Origin: Haliotis cracherodii
Taxonomy: Eukaryota
Direction of reading: 5' to 3'
Assembly (NCBI RefSeq): GCF_022045235.1
Contig: NW_027266275.1
Coordinates: 73,718,001 to 73,782,000 of the forward strand
DNA: 64,000 nt
The translations under genes were made by a program, and so were the position numbers. This document shows, piece after piece, positions 12,241-24,455 of the stretch (the first letter of the stretch is position 1; every line of letters begins with the position of its first letter). Under the pieces are notes generated by a model. It ran no database searches and had not been told where the DNA came from. It was given only the letters and a program-made list of their open reading frames with translations.

Positions 12241-12710
12241 TGTTGTCCCTGAAGGATCAGTGTCGCAATACGGATTCCGTCCACTATGTCACAGGTAGGT
12301 TACGTATTGTTTGACCTGTGGTGCCACTTTCACAACAATAGGTACGTACTAATTGCCCTATGGTGTAACAGCACTAGTCGACCTGGTTAAAGGTACGTCG
12401 TGTACAGTCATGTGACATCGTACAGTATTATCGGAAAGTACACATTTGATCCAGGAATAGCCCACGTCTCAGTATTACTTGTAGGTGATTTCACTGCCAG
12501 ATATATTCCTTGTTGATGTGCTGAAGGTAGGTGTGGATTAACCGGCTGATATAAGTATTTGTCCCATGATGAATTGTACATGTGCATGGAGTGTTCAATT
12601 GAGTTTCATTACCCTATTATAGACGCATGTCGTAATATACCCAAGTAAGCTGTATTGTTTTAATGGAACATTTGTATCAGAGGCGGACTCGATGCAGACT
12701 CTCTGTTGAG

Positions 12711-12861
12711 GGTGGCGGTCGGGTAGCCTAGTGGTTGAAGCGTTCGCTTATCACGCCGAAGACCCGGGTTCGATTCCCGACATGGGTACATTGTGTGAAG
12801 CCCATTCCGCCGTGATATTGCTGGAATAGTGCTAAAAGCGGCGTAAAAGCATACTCACTCA
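12711..12861 (+). mobile_element. SINE family A (tRNA-derived)
   Basis: Head tagcctagtggtt..gggttcgattccc (A/B boxes), (ACTC)n tail, flanking repeat ctctgttg. Confidence 0.9.
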
Positions 12862-13320
12862 CTCTGTTGGGGACGGACGTAAGCCTTGCTCCAAGGCTGT
12901 ACTGAAAGAAATGTCCATGGATGTATTAATGTCATCCTCCTAACAGGAGCCTCAAGTCTAGATCTAAGAGCTCCAGTATCTTATAGGGACAAGATGTTCT
13001 TATTATTCACATAATCTAGAAATTATGATTTAAACTAATAATTATTGCCTTAGAGACTTGTACAAGTCTAGGCGGACGTGTGCCACATAATTGAACACAC
13101 GTTATTTCTTAACCATTTTAATATAACTTTTTCAAAACCGTTGATACCGAATAAATTTACAATTATGACTTGAATACTTATTTTAAAAAACAAATCAGAT
13201 TTGTTATTGAGCCTACGTTACTCTTGTACCCCAGTATCATCACTAAACAATAGTACCGTTATCCCCATCACTGCCGTACAATTGATAACTTCCGTCTGAT
13301 GATCCTGTATTATGTTTCAG

Positions 13321-13481
13321 TGTTCAAGTCTACCTTGTACGGGTCGTCTCATCATGACAGCAGCACGTCCATCGTCGAGAGTGTCGGGATGTACCTGTTC
13401 GGTATCTACCACGTTGTCATCATCATCGTCCTCATCAACATGCTCATTGCTATGATGAGCCACTCCTTCGAAGACATTCAG
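13321..13481 (+). CDS. TRPC: TRPC exon: S6 helix VFKSTLYGSSHHDSSTSIVESVGMYLFGIYHVVIIIVLINMLIAMMSHSFEDIQ
   Basis: tgtttcag acceptor, gtagaa donor at 13482; 161 nt, phase 1 to 0; VLINMLIAMMS is the canonical TRPC S6 gate motif. Confidence 0.95.
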
Positions 13482-13980
13482 GTAGAATATCGCATTCTCC
13501 GGGCGTATTTACCTTGAAACTGTGAGGGGGGAAATAGCGTTATAGGGTTGGGGCACATGGGGATATTCGGGTAGAATATAACGTTCTGGTATTCGAATTC
13601 TTTATGAAAACTAGCGTTCTGGGGACTGGGCTCTTTAGGTAAACTTCGATTAGAAAATAACTGACTCCAAACGGATTCCAAACAGAAAGTTCGGGTAGAA
13701 TATAGCTACAAATCAACATTGTTCAGAACGGGTGGTCAATGCAGAGTTATGTCCCCTACTCCGACCAGAATCCACTGATCGTGGGATCGAATCCGATTTC
13801 TTCCTGATTTGGGTCTTTGTGGTCAGCTACATACCTTTGCTAGTGAGCTTCCACAAGCGCAAACGTCAACGTATGTCCTCCAACATCAAGCTGTTAGGGT
13901 GTGATACAGCGAAATACCGTACAAAGCAGCGTTAAACCGACCCCCCTCGCTTCTCACACGTTCCCCTGACCGTGTTTCAG

Positions 13981-14187
13981 ACCGACTGTGACGTGGAGTG
14001 GAAGTTCGCCCGTACGAAGCTGTGGTTGAACTACATGGACGAGGGCAGCACCCTGCCCGTCCCCTTCAACATGATCCCGACGCCCAAGTCCTTCTATTAT
14101 GTGTATATATTCTTTAAAGACTTGATAAAGCATAGCAAAAATGGATTCCTAGAATATGAAAAGAATAGAAAGCAGACGTTTCTGAAG
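13981..14187 (+). CDS. TRPC: TRPC exon: TRP domain [37 protein letters not shown]...KQTFLK
   Basis: gtgtttcag acceptor, gtatgt donor at 14188; 207 nt, phase 0-0; TRP box EWKFAR and LPxPFN box 2. Confidence 0.96.
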
Positions 14188-14530
14188 GTATGTAAAGTAT
14201 TCTTACTTTAGATGTTTTACTTCTATTAAACTGGATATCATGACATAGAATTTTGTCTTGAGGCGGAATATGTTACAGCGCGCTTCAACATACAATTCAC
14301 TAATCAGAAGAACGAGTACCACCAACTTTCGGAACGCCCAGCGTGAACGATTTATGTTTGTGTATAACCTATTATTTCGGCATTTTCCAGCATTATTTAA
14401 AAAAAAACTCGCTTAAGAATAAGATGCATAAAATAATCACAATTACATATGAATACTGTATATTTGGAATTTTTGCGAGCAGAAAGTACCGAAAACTGCG
14501 AGTGACATGTATTGTTGTAGGCAGATGCAC

Positions 14531-14640
14531 ACCGCCTCCGTGGTCTAGTGGCAGGGCGTCCGCCCGGAGAGCGGAAGGTCCGGGTTCCAACCCCGGCCGC
14601 GTCATACCAAAAGACGTTAAAAGATGGTACTTAAAAGATG

Positions 14641-14687
<47 letters not shown>

Positions 14688-14745
14688 TCGCTATAACAGT
14701 GCAATAATCTTGGGCGCGACCTTTAAACCCCATTTCACCTCACCT
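14531..14745 (+). mobile_element. SINE family D (MetaSINE-like), internally deleted, with (CA)n expansion
   Basis: Same head and gtcataccaaaagacgttaaaagatggtac segment as the full copy at 56943-57296. Confidence 0.82.
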
Positions 14746-15064
14746 GTGGATAGATGCCGACAAATGTCACTACTTTGCCTTCACCAGTCGCGCTATGCAC
14801 GAATATAACGGGAAACGCTGTTATTACTTGTCAGCTACAGCAATACCATTAGGTGGAGGATGTAGATCACCCTGACAGTAGTTCACACCAGATAACCAAG
14901 GAGTGCTTAAACAAGTGTGTGACACAATCAACACACTGTTCTATTTCAAGGTCAGCATGCCTGGAGAACTGTTGGAACACTGAGATCTCTATAGTGACCT
15001 CCCCTACTGGAGAGGTGTTTCATAGGCGCTACATTGAGATACACGTGGCGCCGTGGAAACATCT

Positions 15065-15605
15065 ACCTAGTGGGGGCAGCGATACGTCAGCGGCATCACC
15101 GGCGTCACCGGCATCACGACATACAAATTGTAGTGTATGTACATAGTGGGGGGTACGATACGTCACCGGCGTCACCGGCATCACGACATACAAATTGTAG
15201 TGTATGTACAGTGGAGGGGGACGACACGTCACCGGCGTCACGACACCATCGCGACATACAAATTGTAGTGTTTGTACATAGTGGGGGGTACGATACGTCA
15301 CCGGCGTCACGACACCATCGCGACATACAAATTGTAGTGTATGTACATAGTGGGGGGTACGATACGTCACCGGCGTCACGACATCATCTCGACATAAAGA
15401 TAGATTGTAGTATATGTATCTAGTGAGGACCGACTACCGGAAGCCGTCACGACACCATCGCGACATACAAATTGTAGTGTATGTACATAGTGGGGGGTAC
15501 GATACGTCACCGGCGTCACGACATCATCGCGACATACAAAATGTAGTGTATGTACATAGTGGGGGGTACGATACGTCACCGGCGTCACGACATCATCTCG
15601 ACATT
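15065..15605 (+). repeat. 69-bp minisatellite, ~8 copies
   Basis: 23-aa periodic ORF RHHRDIQIVVYVHSGGYDTSPAS. Confidence 0.93.
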
Positions 15606-15726
15606 ATGTTTACTGTAGAATATGTTAAGATTGTTATTGTGTACGCAGCTGTGGGATGCTGGCGAATCCAAGGCTTGACGTGATGATTTTACGACGCTTC
15701 TAAAACTTTCTCTTTCGCACTCACAG

Positions 15727-15850
15727 AAGCGTCGAGAGACAGTGTGCAAAACGTTGGACTTAAAGCCTGATGAGACGTCGTATATAGACATCATGCACAG
15801 GCTAGTAAAGAGATACCTCTTCAAGCTGGAGAGAGCTAAAGATGAAACTG
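15727..15850 (+). CDS. TRPC: TRPC exon: KRRETVCKTLDLKPDETSYIDIMHRLVKRYLFKLERAKDET (rib helix region)
   Basis: ctcacag acceptor, gtacgt donor at 15851; 124 nt, phase 0 to 1; YxxIMxxLVKRY motif conserved in TRPCs. Confidence 0.93.
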
Positions 15851-16046
15851 GTACGTATGTAACAACTGACCTGGTGATAGTGCAATCACAGAACACAGGA
15901 GTATTTGCGGGGGTGGGGTGGGTGAAATGTAACAGGGGTCATGTCTATAAAAAAAAAAGTGTGATGTAGGGAACGAACGAACAAGATCCTGGTGTCTTCT
16001 GTAATCTGTGTCTTTGAGAGAGACGAATGCCATTCTTGCTCACATG

Positions 16047-16260
16047 ATATTTTCTGTCATTCTGCTAATTCTATTTTAAAAATCGACATTTCTCATCCGT
16101 CTCATATTTGAAACGGGCCAGAAAATAATGATGCAGGATGTGTATATGCCAGACCACCGGCATGTAAAATGTGTTATTTTATGCTTTTGACTTGTATGGC
16201 ATTACAGTTCGAGAGAAATGTAGTTTTTTTAAATAGAATTAGCAGATTGACAGAAAATAT
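16047..16260. mobile_element. AT-rich MITE-like inverted repeat (~48-bp arms)
   Basis: atattttctgtcattctgctaattctattt..acatttctc mirrored by gagaaatgt..aaatagaattagcagattgacagaaaatat. Confidence 0.7.
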
Positions 16261-17516
16261 GTTTAAAGAATGTATTGGTTAAAGAGTTAAGTCAGTAAGT
16301 CAAAGATTTCATTAAACCGAAAAGAACTTTATTGTCATGCATACAACACATTAGCTAAATGTTTACACAAAACGATCTTGTATACATAACACATAAATAT
16401 TTATAATAATCCATTTTTCATATTTCGACAACGTACTAACATTCTTGTCTAAATTAAACGTTAAATAACGTTCTTCATAAAACTCCTTCAAAACGTCAAT
16501 ACGTTGCGACCAAATATCGCAGCAGACACAAACACACCATCTGCAAACGGAAGAGGAACTAATTGTGCAGGTTTCAGGGTGGGGTTGGATTTCTCGTACC
16601 CACAGACTACTCACAAGCCAATTCTTTGTTATTTGGTACAGTAACTATAATCGTAAGAATAGAAAATAATAAAGGACTTCATGCACGCCCATGTTGTAAA
16701 CTGAGTGAATCTAACTGACTCCTTGACAATATTATTAAATTTTACACATGATTTGACACTATTAAAAACAGATTTTCTATGATTTAATGCTCTAAATGTA
16801 ACCCCTCTGGTTCTTAGAATGTTCCAAACATTTTTCCTGTTGAAGAAATTAAAGCCTTCGAAACATTTAAAACACATCCATCAATGTCCGTCGCGTTTTT
16901 ATAAGGGATTGCAGAAGAACTAAAATATTGTCCATAGTACTATACCCTTGAGCTTTAACTTTCTTCATGAACATAAAACCAAAACGTCAAATTGTATATT
17001 ATGTTTATTGAACATATTTGTAATAGATATTGCTCTGTAGTTAGAACCACATTCCTTGTCTATCGGTACAATCAAACCAATGCGTCATAATTCATGAAGA
17101 TAGGAGCTATCAAACAAAACATTAAACAAATCCCAATGTAAGGAAGTACTACGCTATAATGTGATCAGAACCGGCACTTTAGATGATGTTAAATCTACAA
17201 TGTCTGCTGATATGTCATCTCTTGTAATAGGAGAGACAAGAATAACACTGCTTGTATACTAGTACTCTAATATACCATCCACATTCTGACCACCATTACC
17301 AAGGTCAACATAATTCCTACCTTAACTTGAAATACATCATTCATGTTTCCTACCAAATTTCCATAGATATATTCTCACTAGATCATCGGTTCTTATTGCT
17401 ACATGAGCATAAACATTGCATTCTGTCTAACGTAACGATGGCGTGTTGGCATCGATGACTTCTGCATCCTTTAATGTTTTTTACCGTAATGCTTTGTGCC
17501 TTGTAATGAACTGCAG

Positions 17517-17675
17517 CCTTGAAAGACATGGGCAACATCAGAGCGGAGGAGGTGGAGTTCATAGAAGCCCCAGACGTCCCCCCGCCACCAATACCTAGCG
17601 ACACACCCAGCCGGATACCCTTCGCCACGCCCCCTATACCAGAGGAGGAAGGGGAGGATAACTCTAAAGCTGACG
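17517..17675 (+). CDS. TRPC: TRPC exon: Pro/acid-rich C-terminal segment ALKDMGNIRAEEVEFIEAPDVPPPPIPSDTPSRIPFATPPIPEEEGEDNSKAD
   Basis: ctgcag acceptor, gtgaga donor at 17676; 159 nt, phase 1-1, open frame, coding-like GC content. Confidence 0.82.
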
Positions 17676-17740
17676 GTGAGAGGTCTACGTGGACGCCGCT
17701 CCTGCCCAGCGTCAAAACATTCAGCGATGTCACATCTATT

Positions 17741-17963
17741 CGTTTGTTTGTTTGTTTGTTTGTTGTTTAACGCCGCACTCTGCAGTATTCCAGCTGTATG
17801 ACGTCGGTCTGTAAATAATCGAGTCTGGGCCAGACAATCTAATAATTGACATCATGAGCAGCAATCCACGCAATTGGGATACGATGACATGTATCAACCA
17901 AGTCAGCAAGCCTGACCACCCGATCCCGTTAGTCGCCTCTTATGACATGCGTGGGTTGCTGCA
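17741..17963 (-). mobile_element. SINE family B copy
   Basis: (GTTT)n tail then aacgccgcactc..gcctgaccacccgatcccgttagtcgcctctt. Confidence 0.88.
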
Positions 17964-18353
17964 ATTCGTCGGATTCAAGCCAATATTTCTATCTTTAAAA
18001 TCGTATGAGGTCCCCAGATATTTACTCGCTGATATATAGCTTGTTTGCACTTGTGTATATAGGCCTATAGCTCCTAAGAAAATTGCATATACCTTCAACC
18101 ATACAGTCACCGTCGACAGTGCCATGTATGTTCAATGAAGTAGCCATCGTCTACAGTGTGGTAATATTCAGTCAGGTAGTCACCGTCGTATGTGTATCAC
18201 CAAGGACATTGTCGTGAATGTTCAATTAATTAGTCACCGTCGACAGTGGCGTGTGTGTTCAAGTAGTAACGGTCAACAGTGTCGCATCTCTTCAAACAGT
18301 CACCGTCGGCATTATCGTAACTGCTAACGTAGCAACTGCCGTCTCTGTTGCAG

Positions 18354-18784
18354 GTCGGGCCTCCGCCCTGTCAAAGAGGAAGGCCAGTAACCGGAGCCAC
18401 CACACCCGGCGAACGTCCATGGCCAACGTTCCCATGACAACGACCCTGGCTATACCCCAGCTGGACGCCATCCAGAGGTCCCAGAAGCTCCTTGACGTGC
18501 GGCTCCAGCACCTGCAGGCCAACAGCAAGGAGAACAACCGTCTCCAGGACGACGTAGAGTTCATACGCAAGTTGATGACGGAGAACCAAAAAGCTTTGTG
18601 TAATGTGGTGCAGGCGTTGGCCAACATTCAGGGGGAAATTGTCAACTTGGCTCAGTGCCTAAAGCCAGCACCGAGGCCTCAGTCAAACGCCATTCCTAAC
18701 GCCCATGGGCAGACTAACGCAGTGTCGTCCAATCGTGCTTCCAGGAAGAGATCCGGTCCTGAGGAGGACGATACCAAGGTCTGA
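18354..18784 (+). CDS. TRPC: TRPC terminal coding exon: coiled coil and C-terminal EEDDTKV (class I PDZ ligand)
   Basis: tctctgttgcag acceptor; phase 1 entry is in frame with ORF 18251..18784; heptad-like LDAIQRSQKLLDVRLQHL; TGA at 18782-18784. Confidence 0.88.
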
Positions 18785-20110
18785 CGGTGAGACGAAGTGG
18801 AGGACCTCGTGTTCCTGATGTGGAGGTGTACTGGAAGGCGATGTGTATGTCTGAGTGGCACTCACGGTCACTTAGTCATCTCGCCTTCCCCTGTGTATAG
18901 CTACCGCGTGTATAGGACTCTCTCTACCTGGAGTAATCCAGGCACACAAGCAACATGTCGATATTTATGCTGTCGTGAGATTAAGGGCGCCAAGACGTTG
19001 AGTTCTGTAGTGCGGGCACTACACATCCCCGGGCACATGTCGTCACTCGTCACGGTGTCCAGTTGGGCACATGACGTGAAAATGTTCCTGCGCGGGCACA
19101 TGACGTCATATTGTTCCTGCGCGGGCACATGACGTCACAGTTTCCCAGCACACGTGGTCAAGGTGCCCGTGTGGTGAACGTTAACAATGTCTTTACGGGG
19201 GACAGCTTCAGTAGTGAATTCTCGGCATCTCCTGTCGCCTGCAGCTCCTGTAAGGTATCGCTACACACATAATCGGCCTTGACCTTCAACGAATGTGTCC
19301 GGACGTTGTGGTGTCGGGATTCCTCGAGCAGCGTTGTTACTGAGAATGGCAGGGATATTGTACCGTACCGGGTGGTCGACCACGACCATGGAGATATATA
19401 TATACATGCTGACGGCACCAATAGGATTTATTTTTTTCTTTCTAGTTCTTCGTGTGATGTCATTGTGCATGTAATTGTTTGCTGCTCTGAGCGCCCAGTG
19501 TGAGCGGCCACCCAGATAGCCACCCTTTCTTAGACTTACATTAATGTGCGTTGTCGGTATCATAATGAACGAAACCTTTATTTTAGCTTTGCTGTTCCCG
19601 TACATGTATTTGTATTAAGTGTGTTTACCGTTAGCGTGAAGGTGTGGTCCGTTGTGTTTGACCCGCAGCAAGGTCACGCAGATGTATTTTCCACGTTTCC
19701 AGTGTTTTAACATTTGCGGCCCCTCATTCGGGGAGGGAAAATGCGAGCTTATCATGGCTTTTAATTCCGTTAGATAATAGCCTCGGTATGAGATTCTCAT
19801 CATGCAGCTCTGAAGGGCGCTTTATAACTTCCTCACGACATCTCCCTCTAGGCTCCATGCCACGTTCAGTTTTTCAGGCTGGATATGCAATATTGACGTT
19901 TAAAGGATAGGTAGATAACTTCGATTTTTATTTGTGTGTGGTTACGTAGACTGATTGCGGATTTGAATATAGCCACAAAATGTTTTAACCTGCATTGTGT
20001 TCGATACATACTCGCGCCAGACCATTCTGAAAAACGACGTATTGTGAGATTAGCATTCCAAGTGAAAAGAGCTCTAACTTTCACACTTGCTTGGATTTGC
20101 ACAATATTAC

Positions 20111-20116
20111 AATAAA
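20111..20116 (+). terminator. Candidate poly(A) signal AATAAA of the TRPC gene (alternatives clustered near 25631-25725)
   Basis: AATAAA about 1.3 kb after the stop codon; the signal actually used cannot be determined from sequence. Confidence 0.3.
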
Positions 20117-20329
20117 GCTAGGCAGAACACATCTCGCTATGACGGGTTAGATTCAATAATAATCCAAACCCAACTTTGTATTCATCACAACGGTGTTATT
20201 GTTTTAACGCTCTCATCAGCTGAAGTCATGCCAGGTGTTAATGCCAATCTGAGATAGTGATCTCCGAGCGAACCTCTTACCGTTGTAAGAGTCCACCCTC
20301 ATCTGTACAGCCAGATATCTGAATCGTGT

Positions 20330-20740
20330 GTATATCCATATACACCAACAAGAGTATAGCTACATACACCAACTGGGGGCATAGCTATATACACCAAAGC
20401 TGTGTATAGCCGTATAACCAAGTGTGTATATAGCCGTATAACCAAGTGTGTGTATAGCATGTACACTAAGCGTGAGTATAGCCAGTACACAAACTGTCAG
20501 TATAGTGATATACACCTACTGTGGGCATAGAGATATACACCCGGTTTCAGTATAGCTATATACACCTACTGGGGGCATACATATATACACAAACCGTCAG
20601 CAAAGCTATATACATCTATTGTGGGCATAGAGATATACACCGGGTTTCAGTATAGCTATATACACCTACTGTGGGCATACATATATACACAAACCGTCAG
20701 CAAAGCTATATACACCTGTTGTGGGTATAGATATATACAC
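20330..20740 (+). repeat. Degenerate tandem repeat (tatagctatatacacc core)
   Basis: Recurrent atatacacc / tatagc motifs. Confidence 0.75.
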
Positions 20741-20781
20741 CATGTGTGTATGTATATGCAGTGACAGTGTGTTTAGTCATA

Positions 20782-21086
20782 ATCATGAACTGTGTGTATA
20801 GCCACACGCATGACTCCGGCGCATGCCATGATATTTGACCTACTTGTATAGCTATATCATGAACCGTGTGTATAGCCACACGCATGACTCCAGCGCATGC
20901 CATGATATTTGACCTACTTGTATAGCTATATCATGAACCGTGTGTATAGCCACACGCATGACTCCGGCACATGTCATGATATTTGACCTTCTTGTATAGC
21001 TATATCATGAACTGTGTGTATAGCCACACGCATGACTCCGGCGCATGTCATGATATTTGACCTACTTGTATAGCTATATCATGAAC
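20782..21086 (+). repeat. 74-bp minisatellite, 4 copies
   Basis: atcatgaac recurs at 20782 and 20856 and onward. Confidence 0.95.
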
Positions 21087-21286
21087 AACTGTTGATGTAT
21101 ATAGTATCGTAGGCTTTGATGCATACAGATGCAGTGTTTGTAGCGCCATACAGAAGCGTGATACAGAAGGGTTGTGAAGTCAGAGACACGATACTAGAAG
21201 AACCACGTCCAATTTGTTCCAGTCCAGATATTATCCTACACCACAGCCAGGCTTGTTATCCAGATTGATTAATAGTGAAAGGGCGG

Positions 21287-21698
21287 AGGTCACGTCAGGT
21301 GAACAATCTAATCAACCAATTAGAATCGAGGCTTATATTATGTATATTCGAGTGTGCAAATCATTCAGAAAAGCATAACTGATTTCTGTTTCTCGAAAAC
21401 GAATATAATCGGGAAGTTCCGAATGCACAAAAGTAAAGCCGCGCCATTGTATTGTATTTATTGATCTATAAATGCTGTCGTTTCTGAGCGCCATGACATC
21501 TTCACCCAAAAAGGTGGACTGTCTAGTGTATTTTATTGTTTTGTTGCGGTTTCCTTTTTCGAAATTTCCGAATCGCATTGATAAAAAATTGAAACCGAAT
21601 CGTTTTAGAAAGCTAGCATCTGATTGGCTCAAGAACACACGCATCCTTCATTTTGACTGGGCGGTCAAAGTTCGCTCAGGGTTCACCTGACGCGGCCT
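21287..21698. mobile_element. MITE-like element with 18-bp imperfect TIR
   Basis: aggtcacgtcaggtgaac / gttcacctgacgcggcct (16/18); no clear TSD. Confidence 0.5.
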
Positions 21699-22569
21699 TC
21701 TATGGAGGCGTAATTGTTATTATTGCCGTGTGTGATTCTCCGATATTGTTACTGGTAGTTCATGTAATTATAAACCTCTAGACTGGTAGATATCGTACAA
21801 CTGGAGCAACGTGGTTTTTGAACCATTGAAACAAATTTAGTCTAGTGCCCTTTAAGATGCGTTTAACACGAAGCAGCGGTAAAATACCAGGGTTGACAAC
21901 ACAGCCCGTCTGCATTATATAGCTATAGTTTGTTTCCGTTTGTAGTTGCAGTGATTGGTATCGTAAATGTCTAGCAGAAGATCCGGAAATGTTAGCAATC
22001 TGGTGTGATGCCTCGTCACCGTCCGCCAGTCAACCGAAGTGTGTTTGGTTGGATGAATGTATGATGCTAGTCACCAGTAGTTCAAATACAGATACCCATC
22101 TTCAGAAGTAATGGCATACTGATATTGTTTATACACACTGTATAGCCTGGCAGTCAAAATATGCACTTAATTATTAAAATCTGAAAATGATATGGTTAGT
22201 ACAAAAGACAAAATGGTTCATACTTGTCTCCCCTTGGGGAACAATTAACTCCATACGTTGTCCTTTCTACCTGTGGCAGCGCCCTCTGGTGTGGTGCATC
22301 TGTTAGTGAGGGGGTAGCCGTGTTGTAATAATGTAGGTTTGTGCTTCAAAGCGTATTGTGACTGATTCATTTGGCATAAGTCTTGTGCTTTTTTAAATAT
22401 TTTGTGTTGTAAATTTAGTCATTACTACTACGACTGATAATTTGTTTGCAGCGTCATATGCAATAATACCCCGTCTACCTACACCCACGACATGTCCTTC
22501 TGTGGCGGTACTGGGGCGAACACTCTGCTACTCGAGATCGTTACTTACGTTTGCGTACACTCATTTTAT

Positions 22570-23366
22570 TTTCCCACATCCGTACCCACACCCATACCCT
22601 CACCCTCACCCACAACCTCACCCACAACCTCACTCACACCAGTAGCCACACCCACATCCATATCCACAGTCATGCCAACGCCCACATGCACATCCACATC
22701 CACACCCACACCCACACACCCACACCCACACCCACTCCAACACCCACCCACCCCCTCAAACACAACACACCCTCAACCCCATTTACACCCAAACCCTCAT
22801 TACTACCCACACCCCTACCCATGCCCACGCCCACACCCGTGCCCACATCCATACCCACACCCATTAGCACACCCACACCCGTACCCACATCCATACCCAC
22901 ACCCATTACCACACCCACACCCGTACGCACATCCATACCCACACCCACACCCGTACGCACAGACACCCCCTCCTTCAGCTTAGTATGTCACCCCTTCCCA
23001 TTTCTGTCCCTCCTCACGACAACTATCACCCTATATCTGTGCCCTGTCTATCTCACATCTACCCCACCTCTATCTCCCTATCATATCTCTATCTATCCCT
23101 ATCTACCTTTCTATCTACCGCCATCAGCTCTATTCATGACTATCGACGATATCTCTATGTATCTCTATCTAACTCTTTCTATCTCTCTATCATCTTAATC
23201 TACTTCTATCATCTATCTCTATCTCTGTATCATCCCTCCCTCTCTCTGTCTCTGTATCATCTCCCTCTCTCTCGCTATCTCTGTATCATCCCACCTCTCT
23301 CTCTCTCTGTGTCATCCCTCTCTCTCTATGTCTGTATCATCCCTCTCTCTATCTGTGTATCATCTC

Positions 23367-23397
<31 letters not shown>

Positions 23398-23535
23398 TTG
23401 TATCATCCCTCCTTGATCTCGATCTCTCTCTCTATCTCTGTATCATCCCCCTCTCTCTCTCTTTACTTCTGTATCATATCTCTCTCTCTCTCTCCATATA
23501 TATATATATATATATGTCTCTGTCTATCTATCACA
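22570..23535 (+). repeat. Low complexity: degenerate (CCACAC)n followed by a CT-rich tract
   Basis: Directly visible; explains the His/Pro/Thr-rich ORFs. Confidence 0.9.
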
Positions 23536-23631
23536 TATGCTACTTTGTCTCCTCTATTTTCCCTGCTCCTATCTAATCCAGTTGGATTCCAAAAATAACT
23601 AGGTCCGTTTGGCTGATAAAGTCTGGTGATT

Positions 23632-24455
23632 CACGCAGCAAGGGGTAAGTGGGAAGATGTCGGGGTGGTATAGGATATCATATCACGCAGCAATGGTGGA
23701 TGGGAAGATGTTAAGGTGGTATAGGATATTATATCATGCTGCAAGGGCTGTGTGAGAAGATGTAAGGTTGGTATAGGATATTATATCACGCTGCAAGGGT
23801 GGGTGGGAAGATGTTAGTGTGGTATAGGATATTATATAACGCAGCAAGGGGTAAGTAGGAAGATGTTAGGGTGGTATAGGATATTATATCACGCAGCAAG
23901 AGTTAAGTGGGAAGATGTTAGGGTGGTATAGGATATCATATAACGCAGCAAGGGGTAAGTAGGAATATGTTAGGGTGGTATAGGATATTATATCACGCAG
24001 CAAGGGGTGATGGGAATATATTAGGGTGGTATAGGATATTATATCACGCAGCAAGGGGTAAGTTGGAATATATTAGGGTGGTATAGGATATTATATCACA
24101 CAGCAAGGGGTAAGTGGGAAGATGTTAGGGTGGTATAGGATATTATATCACGCAGCAAGGGGTAAGTGGGAATATGTTAGGGTGGTACAGGATATTATAT
24201 CACGCACCAAGGGGTAAGTGGGAAGATGTTAGGGTGGTATAGGATATCATATAACGCAGCAAGGGGTAAGTGGGAAGATGCTAGGGTGGTATAGGATATC
24301 ATATAACGCAGCAAGGGGTAAGTTGGAATATGTTAGGGTGGTATAGGATATTATATCACGCAGCAAGGGGTAAGTGGGAAGATGTTAGGGTGGTATAGGA
24401 TATTACATCACGCAGCGAGAGGTAAGTGGGAAGGTGTTAGGGTGGTACAGGATAT
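23632..24455 (+). repeat. 52-bp minisatellite, ~16 copies
   Basis: Unit cacgcagcaaggggtaagtgggaagatgttagggtggtataggatattatat. Confidence 0.95.

Noticed and set aside
12711-12790. tRNA genes (also 14531, 50600, 56943, 62890)
   Set aside because: The tRNA-like A/B boxes continue into SINE bodies with tails and TSDs, so these are SINE heads.
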